Positions 1-10,969 of a stretch of 64,000 bases of DNA are shown one piece after another. The notes below the pieces were generated by a model, which was given only the letters and a program-made list of their open reading frames with translations, searched no databases and was not told the origin of the DNA. Source of the DNA: Cycas panzhihuaensis (lineage: Eukaryota > Plantae > Cycadophyta); the NCBI GenBank assembly GCA_023213395.1, contig CM041465.1, forward strand, positions 196,175,741 through 196,239,740, in the 5' to 3' direction. The first letter of the stretch is position 1; each line of letters opens with the position of its first letter. A program made the translations under genes and the position numbers.

Positions 1-968
1 TGGAGTACCGTTACTCCTCTCTCTCGCCTGTTGTTTCCTTCGTATATCTCGCTATGCTCCTCCGTGGATGTGCATGTTGCTTTATTTCTAACCTCACACC
101 TCTCAATCACCTCTACTTATGGTAGATGTGTGTGCTCCTGTTAGACGTATAGCCATACATGGAAGGAAATATATGCATTATATAACAAAACATTTACAAC
201 ACACAAAACAAAACATACATGCTATCTACCACACATGATATACACAGCATCTCATATCAAAGTAGGGTTCCAATTACCCCATATATATATATACATCAAA
301 ATCATATGTTACATTATACATATGGGAAGCTGGTGTCCTTGCAAGGGGGGTACAATCATATGAGTCTATATATGACCCCCTAGAGGCCCATGCTTTCCCT
401 TGTCAAAATCTAGTATATGTCTCTTACACTACTGCTGCCCCGCTCCTGGGGTACTATCTCTTGGCCTGTGTGATCCCTCTCCTAGGGACCACATCCCTCT
501 GAGGTTCCTCCTAGGCCTCTGCGAGCTCCCTCTGGCGCTCCCTCGTCGGCGTGGTAGTCTCGGGGTTGTAGGCTGGCAGATGGGTGTATGTCCTACTCCT
601 GCTCGACCTTGACGCCACCTAGTCTATGAGCTGATTGTATCTGGCCTGGATACGATCCCTCTCTCCCTCCACTCCTCAGAGATGCTCCTCTAGTACTACT
701 ATCTGAACCATGCTCCCTATATCTCCACCTGCTCCTCCCTAAGCCTCTAAAGCCTAGACCCATCTATGCAGTGTATCTCGCTGGCCCCTGGCCTCATCTA
801 GCTCTTGCTGCATCTGTCCCCTGAATGCCATATGCTCTTGGGACTCTACAACCCAGATATCTCTCGCCCTTGCCAACAAGGAAAATGCCTCCATATGAGC
901 ACCTGCCGATCTAGGCACATGCTCTGCTTGGATGGGTGGTTACCCCTCTACATATACCTGAGGGAACA

Positions 969-1215
969 TGTTATGAACCTCCTTAAGCAAAAGCTTTATT
1001 TAATTAATTAAATATTAGGTGCTTTTGAACAGGCACAACCCTCCATGAAAGGGCCTAATGTGCATATAAATTGAGCACCAATTGTAACATGGACATCATA
1101 TATCTTTTATCTTATCAATCAATCTTGATTTATTGACTATAACTGGCTCCAGCGTTAGCGCGTGCTCTCTTGTCCAAATCAGTTTGTCTTCAAGTTACGA
1201 ACTGGGTTCGTAACA
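969..1215 (+). repeat. 5' LTR
   Basis: TGTTATGAACC...GGTTCGTAACA; identical by eye to 4749-4995. Confidence 0.97.
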
Positions 1216-1217
1216 AG

Positions 1218-1229
1218 TGGTATCAGAGC
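1218..1229 (+). promoter_or_regulatory. Primer binding site (tRNA-iMet)
   Basis: TGGTATCAGAGC 2 nt after the LTR end. Confidence 0.95.
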
Positions 1230-2482
1230 GAGTTCAACCAAAATTCATCAGCAAAGGCTATTAACTTGATTACTCAACATTTTAAGAACTGGGTCGTGGG
1301 ATAAACTTCCATTGGCTGAGTTTTTCTAGCCACCCACTATCACCATTCATCCGTCGACTCCTTTATTGATCATTTGTCTACGATCTGGTCCGTTTGCTAT
1401 CAAATCTGCGCCAGCATCAACCCTTATTGCCTATCACCTTCCATTATCCTATAGTCCACATATTATCGCCTCCATTACAATCAAGGCGTGCAGAGTTGAC
1501 AATCGCCCTAGTTGGCATCTGTTGCCCAAAGGACATTTCTAGCAATAGTCGTCGCGTGAAGTCAGCGACCGTGTCTCAAGTTACGAACTGGGTTCGTAAC
1601 AAGTTCACAATCATCGCGTGAGTTAGCCACCGTAAGGTTAAGTTGCACCATCTCTTATTACATCTGGTTAAACAAGCATCTCTTGAGTCAGCCGCCGTTG
1701 GGTTAAATACACACTATCTTCAATTTCCGTTTGGCGAAACAGGGCACCGAATACATTATCACCAATATCTTCAAATTCGGCAAATTCAAGAGACGACAGA
1801 TACATACTAACACTCTATTTTCATTCAGCATATATATATATCGTTTAACATTAGACATTATCAATTGTGTACTTGCAGTGCTGCACTGCGCCCCTGCATC
1901 TCACTTTTCCTCAAGCTTCCTGCCCATCCTGTTCCCATTTCATTGTGTTCCCATTCTGTTTCGTTCTCGTTACGTTTCCATTCCATCTCTGTTCTCATTT
2001 CTAATTTATCTTGTTCTGTCCATTCGTTGTTCTTCCAATTGTCTGGAGTGCTTTGTGCATCACTCGGTGCTTCGGTTATCTGTTGTACATCTACATCTCA
2101 CATTGTGCTTTACGTTCTATTCATTTGTTGCATCAACATTCTGTCTGCGTCTCCCATCTCTGTCCATCTGTGGCGTCTTCTGTTCATCCACGCGGGTCGT
2201 CCTGTGTATCACACCAGTCATTACGCCTGCAAAGTCGATGACAAAGGAGCATACCCAATTAATTACGTCTTAAGAAAACAGCCTGCGTCATCTTCAATTC
2301 AACGCTATTCCGTTCTTCATCACGCTGTCGCCATTATTACACATATACCATTAATTTACATTATTAAGTGTTGTCCATCATTCACACATTTCAAACCGTT
2401 CCATCAATTAGGTGGCGTCTTTAATATTCTCGAAGTATCAATAAAACATCTTCAAATATTCTCCCTTTAATCAATTACAATC

Positions 2483-2485
<3 letters not shown>

Positions 2486-2527
<42 letters not shown>
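2486..2527. repeat. (AT)n microsatellite
   Basis: About 21 TA units. Confidence 0.95.
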
Positions 2528-2531
<4 letters not shown>

Positions 2532-3206
2532 AGTTTTAATCATCCGTCTAATTTATAGTGTTGTAACATTATATCAATGTGGTAACTATTACGTAAATAA
2601 GGGGAGTGTGGTGTTCAAATCTGATATTTGTCTTGGGCATTACTAGAAATAAGCTCCCACATATCGTTTATTATAAATATTGCTATTTGTTATACTAATT
2701 AAATTACCGTCATAAAAGTCATATTTGAGAAATTTTACTATTGATATTTATAAATCAATATCAATATTTACATAAATCAACTACACGTGACCTTCAAGCA
2801 AGTAACATATTCTTGATTAACCAAATTTGACAAAGCTAGTGCATAATTACGGAAAATCCGTGGAATCGTACTATCACGATTATTAAAATAATAAACATCA
2901 AGACATGGCGAGATAACACCGTTCAAAAGAGATCGTCGAACCAATCACTCAAGCGATCCACGGCGATTCGGACATCAAATGCTCTATTAAATCATACATT
3001 ACACGGATATTGGATAAATTAACAATCATAGCTACAAACAAAGAAAGAAGATATGATCATTCACGATTCGGAGGATGAAGCAATGAGTCGACAATCTCAT
3101 ATCGTAAATCGATTAAAAATATTCCGGTCCTCGGATAGCTCCCATTAATCACGAAAATGAAGCTATTCAAAATACCTTAATGAGTATCGTAATCGAATTC
3201 TGAAGA

Positions 3207-4766
3207 ATGAAGATAGTGGGTTTTCAAGCATATTTTAATTGTTTACACAATATCCAAACACAGAAAAAGAAAAAATTAGAAAAAATAACTATACAACGTT
3301 TTAATATGGAGCAAAAGTCGCATGAGCCAAGGGTATGGCTCCAACAAATGGAAAACTATTTTCGCTTAATGGAGATTGAGTCAGCAGAGCAAGTTTCATT
3401 AGCCATCTTGCACATGGATGGGATAGCATGCGAATGGTGGCAGTTTCTCGAACGAACCTCTTTCCGAGATCAACTACCAACCTGGAAAGAATTAGTATGT
3501 TTGTTCATTGAGCAATTTGAAACCGTATCTAATCGCGATTATTACTGTGAGTTACGAAAATTAAAGCAAACTGGTTCTATGGAAGAATACAGTGTAGCAT
3601 TCACGAGGTTAAGCTATGTGTTAGAAGATATTCTGACCAATCGACTTATTCAGTTATATATAGATGGTCTGATAACCGAGATCTAAGCTGACGTTAAAAT
3701 TCAAGAACCAAAGGACCTTAATAAGGCAATGATTAGCCAAAATACATGAAGATAAACATCATACCTTACGCAAAACAGCATGCATCTCTATATTCCACCT
3801 CCTAGTCGACATGATCTTCTACCAAGTGTTCAACACAAACACGTATCAGTCGTTCCAAATCGACTTGTTAAACCAATCATTCAAAAACAAAAAGCGAGCA
3901 AGAAGAGTTAAGAAGAAAAATCTATGCTTGGATGTGAGGAGAAGTGGGAACTTAGGCATCGATGTCAAAAGAACCCGATTATATACTGATCGACTCGCCG
4001 GATGATAATATTGATGAAGAAGAACAAGGATCGAGAAAATAATCAAGAAAATTATTATAACATAGAACATCCGAGAGCTACAAGATTCCCGGTCGACTAT
4101 CCACAAATGTCACTATCATTTATGAACAGTTTTAATCAATCAAATACCCTAAAGCTACAAGGATCCATCAAAAATCAAACTGTAACAATCTTGATAGATT
4201 CAGGGAGCACGCATAATTTTATTGATCGAAACTGTGCACAATAATTAAGGTTATTTCCATTAAGGACTCCTCGTTTCCAGGTCTCTGTTGGAGGAAGACA
4301 GGTAATCTCTGGTCAAGGTGTAATGAAGAATCTTAGCCTCACGCTAAATGAAGTCAGTATTATAGAAGATTTCTATGTCGTCGATGTTGGTGATGTAGAT
4401 GTGGTACTGGGTAGTCAATGGCTCAGTACACTCGGAACTTTTGAAATGAATATTATTGAACAATTTATACGATTTAAAAAAAATGGAAGGATTATCTTGT
4501 TATCAGGCAAACGATTGAATAAAATTAAAGCCCTACCACACAAGGATCAAAGTGAAAAAGTCACGAAACAACCACCAACATTTCAAAAACACAGTCAAGG
4601 TTTTCAATCAAAAGAATTTTCTGATAAATACCTGCAACATCCGTCTAATCGCCTAATGGATTCTAGTCCAATGAAGGATAGCATACGTTTAAAGGACTGC
4701 AATCGTTCGACTATGTTTCGTGGGCGAAACATCTCAAGGGGGAGGACTTGTTATGAACCTCCTTAA
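3207..4766 (+). pseudogene. Disrupted gag + aspartic protease
   Basis: Retrotransposon gag (WLQQMENYF...ACEWW...LKQTGSMEEYSVAF), then protease (ILIDSGSTHNFID, DVVLGSQWLSTLG). In-frame stops at 3684 and 4242 plus frameshifts. Confidence 0.9.
4736..4746 (+). promoter_or_regulatory. Polypurine tract
   Basis: AAGGGGGAGGA just before the 3' LTR. Confidence 0.9.
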
Positions 4767-4995
4767 GCAAAAGCTTTATTTAATTAATTAAATATTAGGT
4801 GCTTTTGAACAGGCACAACCCTCCATGAAAGGGCCTAATGTGCATATAAATTGAGCACCAATTGTAACATGGACATCATATATCTTTTATCTTATCAATC
4901 AATCTTGATTTATTGACTATAACTGGCTCCAGCGTTAGCGCGTGCTCTCTTGTCCAAATCAGTTTGTCTTCAAGTTACGAACTGGGTTCGTAACA
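4749..4995 (+). repeat. 3' LTR
   Basis: Identical to 969-1215; followed by TSD GAACA. Confidence 0.97.
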
Positions 4996-6984
4996 GAACA
5001 TCTCCCTCACCATGGCCTTTACTAGTCTCCTGACCTCTGTAGTACCTGCCAATGTAACATGCCATGTGTCAGTGTATATCGCACTGCATACCATGATAAA
5101 ATCAAATCAAATATCTACCTAACTGTCAAACGACTAAGGAAATAGTTAGGCCTCACCTGTTATGGCTGCCAGCTCCTCTGCTTGCATGACATCCTCTCCT
5201 CCTGGCTCTTCGCCAGCTGTGGGTACCTCATCCTCGGGTACCTCCTCTGCCTGGGCCTCTCTCCTTGCAGGGATCAGCTCAACTCTCGTCTCTCTGGATC
5301 TCCTCATGATCCATAGCCTACGGGCCCTAATCACCACCCCCCTGCTCTCTTTAGCTACCCCTGATGGGCCTGCCTCTCCTCCGACAGTTCCGAATGGTCT
5401 CGCTGCTCCTCCTGTCATCCCTGATGGACCTGCCTCCCTCGCAGGTCGTGATGGGTCGGCCCCATCTCCTCTGTCGACATCGTCGTTGTCATCATCATCT
5501 GGGAGTGCTCCTACTCTGCTCGCCTCATCATCACTATCCCACCTCACCATCCTGTATGGATCTGCCACATAGTCTACTATGGTGAGGAGGTCTAGCGATG
5601 TCGCCTCCACTGATCACCGGACATGGGCCTGGTCCTCCATCCCCCTCAGCCGAGTCTGCCATCTATGGACCATCGGGGCCCACTATACTATGGGATGTGG
5701 TCCCCCTACTGGTGCCACTGCCACGAAGTGATCAAAGAACCAGCACTGTAGCAACATGCTGTATGATAGTCCTCCCTTTCCTGCTACCCTAATGGCGTCG
5801 AGTTATGCGACGAGGTTCACCGCTATCATGGTAGCCCAGTCCATCCTCTTGTCAGCTTTGCAGCGATGCACTGTATCTATCCATCCTCTACGTATCTCTC
5901 TATAATTCTGTTTCTGAAAAATCTGGAACAGAATGTATAATGTAATCAGCTTCCTCACCTGAGGAATCCTCGACATCACCATCATTTGGAGAGGAACTCC
6001 TCTCCGCTCCCACCTATTAGCCCCTATGAAGAAAGTGGCTGCCTCTCTATGTGTTGCCTCATTGCTAGGCAATGCTCCCAGTGTCACCGGCCTCCCAGTC
6101 GTGGGTACCCCTAAAATCCGTCAGATGTCTGCTGGCATCACTGTCACATCTCCTACCTGAGGCAGATGGAAAAGGTGCCTCCTCCGATCCTAGTGTGACA
6201 TGATGTCGACTAAGAGTCTCTGATCTGATGTAAATTGAGGTGTCTTTAAGGCCTTATACAGTCCACACCTCTGCAGAATCTCCTTGTCCCCCCGGGACAT
6301 CATCTCAATGTAACTTAGCATAGCCATGCTGAGCTTCTCGCGGTTATCCACCGCGATAACTGCTTGCAAGTACCAAAAATCAATCAAAGTCAGTCTCCTG
6401 ACAGTCATCTATGCTCTAGGCTGTCTCTTAGCTCTCTCTGCTTGAGATTTGGGGCCTTATGGCCACTCATATTCTTTTTTCTGATTTTCTGCCTTCGTAC
6501 TGCGCTAAACTTAGCGGTACTGCTAAGTTTAGCTCAGGTCCCATGGCGATCGGGGGACCCAAGAAAGATCACGCTGCGATCTTTGCTTTGTAGTTAACTG
6601 CAACCCCTAAAAGAGGGTTTCGCCTAAAAAAAAAAAATTTCTTATGGTAGACCCCGTGGGATTCATTGGGACTAGGGCTCCCTAATGCCCAGGTCCTACC
6701 TCTTTTTGGGTCCAATTTAGACTCCAAGAGGCCTCCAATTACCCATAAGGGGCACAAAAATTACATAAAAATCTACAAAAAGTAATGAAATTAAAACTTT
6801 GAAATGGGTAGGGTTTTGTGAGATCCACTCACTGGATCTAGTCTCGCTGTCGTCATTGCATTTCACTGATCCCGCTGGCTCTCACTGCACTCCGATCCAA
6901 TGGTCCGATCACTCTCCACGTGCCTCCGAAGTTGGGTGGCGCTTCGCTGCATAAAGGAATGGCTCTGGTTTCTCATGAGAGCTG

Positions 6985-7026
6985 GTGAAAATGAATCCAT
7001 TTTCCGTATGAATTTCCTTATATAAG
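6985..7026 (-). promoter_or_regulatory. Putative core promoter (TATA + initiator) of the antisense PMD gene
   Basis: TATATAA about 32 nt upstream of TTCATTTT on the minus strand; a homologous block with similar spacing lies at ~34543-34600 in T3. Confidence 0.5.
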
Positions 7027-7550
7027 CGGGGGCCTCGATGGGTGGTTCCTTCGTTTTTGGCCTCATTACAACCATTGGGACTGTCCTATTTCTCAGATCG
7101 CCTTTGCTTTTTGGCCCTATCACCCATTGTGCTCTTTTGATGCCCTTTTTACCTTCTCTTGTAAGGGCATTTATGGTGTCCCATTTTTACACTTTTTCCC
7201 AAGATCCTCTTGTCTCGTTTTACATGCCACTCCTGTGCATGCCAGAGTTTATACTCGTTTGGCTCGTTTCACTGCCCTGGACTCGTTTCCATAGCCCTTT
7301 TCTGCTCTTGGGGTCCCCAAAGGGAATGATCCCTCGTCTAGGGGTATGTTTTGCTTCCCAAAGCAACCTTTGGTGCTCCAGGGTGTCTTTTCTCTGCCCG
7401 CTCTCAGATGGTAGTCAGACCGCTTACTTTCGTCCTTAGGTAGCCTCATTACTAGGCCCTCTTACCCTTCACGGCCACTTTTTGCTTGCCTTTCAAGTAT
7501 CTCTTTTGTTCCATCGTTGTTTCTTTACTACTAGGATTTAGTATTCGCTC

Positions 7551-7973
7551 ATGTCCCTCTACATATTTACCGATGGCAGAAGCCGCGGTAACCCTGGACC
7601 TTCTGCCGCTGCTTGGATCCTTCGCAGCCCCTTCAGACATGATTTCCTGCGCTGTAGTATCTTCCTCCCTAAGGCAACCAATAACAAAGCCGAGTACATG
7701 GCAGTTATTGAAGCCCTTACTGATGCTCTCCGTTTCTATCACGGACCCATCGTGTTGCTCTGCGATTCTCAGGTTGTGGTGTCTAATCTCACCCAGGTTT
7801 ACTAGGTGCGATGCCCTCACTTGAGAACCCTCGCTTCAGCTTCTAGATCTCTCTTGGCCCACTTTTGGTCAGTTGATATTCAACACATCCCTCGAGACCT
7901 CAACGCTGAGGCAGATAACCTCGTCCGCCTCATCCTTGAGTGTCGCCTCACTCTTCTTAGCGACTACCCTTGA
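7551..7973 (+). pseudogene. Stand-alone archaeal-type RNase H (aRH) ORF of T1, 140 codons with one internal stop (7803)
   Basis: IFTDGRSRGNPGPSAA...TNNKAEY...LCDSQVVV...QHIPRDLNAEADNL; D-E-D-D catalytic residues intact; has its own ATG and stop. Confidence 0.9.
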
Positions 7974-8230
7974 GGCTTACTTGGCTAGCCCGTGCTTGAG
8001 TCTCTGGTTGCCTTTAGTCTGATGTGCTTGTTTAGTTTGCTGGATGTCCTCCTATCACTTGTTGCATTTTGGAAATAGGGGCATCCCCTTCATTGGCTCT
8101 ACTCACTTGTAGGTTAATGTTTAAACGATGTGTAAGCAGCCCCTATATTGTCCTCATCTCTGTCTTCCTTATCCACGTGTTCCGCCACGACACTCGCCGA
8201 CACCCTTGGTCCATATGCTATTCGTGTTTG

Positions 8231-8232
<2 letters not shown>

Positions 8233-8268
<36 letters not shown>
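8233..8268. repeat. (AT)n microsatellite
   Basis: About 18 TA units. Confidence 0.95.
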
Positions 8269-8272
<4 letters not shown>

Positions 8273-8574
8273 TGTGTTACTGATGGTTTTTGGTTATCAG
8301 TATTTGCCATCAAACCATGCTTCTGAGTGGTGAGGCTCTGCTGCCAAGGGTGCAGTGTTTCCTGACTACCAGGAATGGACTCTAAACACATTGACTCAGG
8401 TAAGCTCAAGTATATGTTCTCGCTTCTCTTTGCTCTTACTTGACTGTGATTACTTGGTATAGACTACCTGACGCATGCTTGCTTGACATCTGTATGTTTG
8501 CATTGTCTTCTTGCTTGATCACTCTGCATGTGCTTACCGCACACCTTTCAGCCTATGACGACTCACAATGGGGG

Positions 8575-10967
8575 TGTTCTTTAGTGAATGTTACACTCCA
8601 TATAGCACACAACCACCCACTTCGTCTCCACGACCCCTCAGGATGCCTCAGCCAGTTGTGTCTGCCCTTTTTATGACACCCTGTTTATGTTGCAGTCTCT
8701 TCCAAGTCTGATTGAATCCTTGGTTGAGACCCAGTTCACTTTCCTGGCTACTTGTCCATTACTTGGGTACTCCCTCCAGTTGTTTCCAGCCTTGATTTGC
8801 CCTCTGTTTAGCTCCAAACCCTGGTTTTGGCTTAATTTTTGTTTCCAGTCTCATACTGCTGTAAACTTAGTGGTACCATGATCTTTGCCGCGATATCGTG
8901 AAGTTTACCGCAATATGACTGTTTGAAAAAGTTTTTTTAAAATCACGCAATAGTTTTTGCTTTTTTCATGGAACTGTCACATGGCACCTGCGCATTTGAA
9001 CTACCTTGAGATCCTCAACGTTCACCGGTAGTAAGCAGGGGATAAAACCAAAATTCTTCTTCATTTTCAGGGATTCTTAGCTCATTTTTACAAGGAACTC
9101 TACAAAATCTTCCACAAAAAACTACTGCAGAATAAGACTCACAGCTGCTGCTCTTTACCAGAGACCATTGTTATCTCTCATGCTTAGGAACAACAAGCTC
9201 AACATCTTTTGCAAGTCTATAAAGTTATAAGGAGGATATTCTTCAAGGTCTCCCAAAAGAACAAGCTTCAAAGGCCCCTAACTCACAGGATTTTTTCACA
9301 CATCGGTCTCCTCTTCCAAACCTGCCACTAAACTTTACTGAATCTTTGGTTTTTCTTCGCTTTTCTAGCAGATACATACTTCTTCTCCTCCCTACAAGGT
9401 ACCTTACTTGTTTACTTTGTGCTTTATGCTACTTTTTACAATTTTTCATGAATAAAGGCCTAGATTATTTACTTTCTTGATTCCTTGCCTAGTTTGTTAC
9501 TAGATTTCTAGATTTGTGGATTGTAGAGCCTCCCTATACGGTCTTGTCAGCCCACCTTAAGGTGGCTATGTAGAGGAGATTACACAAAGGGAAATTAAGG
9601 GAGAAAGGAGGGGCCAGTCCCCCTTACAGACCTTCTCTCCAAGGGTCCAAACCCTTATTTCCTTTCCCCCTGCACCCATTGCCTCTCTTAGAGCTTAGCC
9701 AAAGACCTTAGAATCTACTCCCACATCTGAACCAGCATTGGTAGCCCCTTACCTCACTGGTTCCAACCCCTACTCGCTACTTTTAGGCATCTCATAAGCC
9801 CCCAAATCGTTATTCGTTGGCTTGCAACTTACAACCCATCCATTCAGATGATTTGCTGCCTGTAGCACTTCATCCTTTAGGTGCGCTTGCCTACTTTCCC
9901 TTCACTTTTCCCTTCTCATTGTTTGCTACCCTGTGTTATTCCTTCAAGTTTGTTTTCCTTCCCCGAGGCTAAGTTGAGACTTTCCATGGGTGAGTTAGCC
10001 ATTCCCAGGTTATACTCTTGTTTTGGGTGTCATTTGCGGTAACTGTTTGCGGAAACTTTGTTGGAAGTCATTTCATTAAATAATATGCATATGTTTAACT
10101 TAGTTTGATTCTGTTTCTTCTAAGTTTAGATACATAAACTAGATCTATTTTGTGGCCCCTCTTCCGAGAGGGAGATACTTGTCTGTTTGATTGGTAGGAT
10201 CCCACATTTGTGGAGTTGCGTATGAAACAAACCCATTGCAGGTTAGTTCCATATGTATTGCTTTTCATTATTTTCCATTATTTGCCATTCGCTTTTTGCA
10301 TACATTGGGGAGGTAAGCTAGCCCCTCTTCGGTTGTTTACAGCATCCATTGCCGATCGATTTTGCATGTGCAATAAGTAGAGTGGGAAGGAGCGGGAAGC
10401 GAAGAGATGCGTAGTGCTCCATTCAGACACCAGTTGAGGTATTTTTCTTATCCTTGCATATTTCCTTTATAGTGTTGTTCTTTGTGCACATGCTTGCATA
10501 GTAAAAAATACATAGGAAATTAAAAAGCGAAAAAAAATATGCATTTACTTTGTGTATCTTTTATTTAGTGGTTAATCTAGTACATTTAGATAGTTTATTT
10601 CATGCTAGAACTACCCACACCTTGCTCTTTTGGCTAGCCTACGCCTAGACACCACGTTACACGTGCACCTCATCCTCGTGTTGCCTTCTCATCTCCTTGA
10701 GAAGATGCAACTTGCCAGGCTCTTTCCTCCTCTTCCTAGCCATTCAAGGGATAGGAAGGCCTCGCCTTCTATAACTACCTAGAAGCAACTAGGCACCTCT
10801 GCAGGTCCTGAATCCGTGCTCTGGTGCACGGACGCCCTGCGAGGTGAGTCCTTGCTATTTAGCCCAACCTAGTCTTACATAATCCATTCTCTTGCTAAAT
10901 GTAGGGATACCACCTCACGGATAGCATTTCATAAGGCTATCCTTTACTTGATGGGTTTATCGAATCA
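8575..10967 (+). repeat. Probable 3' LTR of T1 (~2.4 kb)
   Basis: Starts TG after AATGGGGG (PPT-like). Contains a block at 10730-10844 similar to the U5 region of the T3 LTRs. No second copy in the window, so the ends are approximate. Confidence 0.55.
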
Positions 10968-10969
10968 CT

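Larger units (their letters stand above)
969..4995 (+). mobile_element. Non-autonomous gag-protease-only Ty3/gypsy LTR element (TR-GAG-like, chromovirus-type protease), 4027 bp
   Basis: Identical 247-bp LTRs TG...CA, 5-bp TSD GAACA (964-968 and 4996-5000), PBS, PPT, gag and LIDSGSTHNFI protease; no RT, RNase H or integrase. Confidence 0.95.
429..6408 (-). pseudogene. PMD (plant mobile domain)-like gene of T1: exon 1 6408-5157, intron 5156-5046, exon 2 5045-429 (exon 2 interrupted by element 969-4995)
   Basis: Translation IMSH*DRRRHLFHLPQVGDVTVMPADI*RILGVPTTGRPV matches the PMD motif W..ETHTFHLP.GE.TVTL.DV..ILGLP..G.PV. An acidic region and a coiled-coil-like tail follow. Frame is kept across the GT-AG intron and the TSD; stops are deamination-type (TGG/CAG/CAA/CGA derived). 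Confidence 0.82.
1..10967 (+). mobile_element. 3' half of Tat-clade Ty3/gypsy element T1 (antisense PMD gene, stand-alone RNase H, 3' LTR); gag-pol presumably upstream of the window
   Basis: Same order of PMD, aRH and LTR as complete element T3, in mirror orientation. PMD 3' UTR (250-420) resembles 37030-37220. Right boundary is inferred from a CA end, a drop in CpG content and the start of T2 PMD sequence. Confidence 0.72.

Noticed and set aside
1731-2470. Overlapping 180- and 201-aa ORFs in the gag-PR element leader
   Set aside because: Pyrimidine-rich, stop-poor sequence; no recognisable domain, and several frames are open at once.
2598-2615. PPT-like AAGGGGAGTGT inside the gag-PR element
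   Set aside because: No accompanying LTR or TSD found.
5162-5792. Ser/Pro-rich plus-strand ORFs
   Set aside because: Antisense shadows of the PMD gene.
429-6408. Host MAIN/MAIL-like gene
   Set aside because: Homologues sit at the same internal position of two other retroelements, so it is element-borne.
7551-7973. Bacterial or archaeal rnhA contamination or recent horizontal transfer
   Set aside because: A decayed homologue occupies the same position inside T3, and aRH is a known Tat feature.
10801-10844. Hammerhead ribozyme (retrozyme) in the LTR
   Set aside because: No CUGANGA/GAAA core in the required arrangement.
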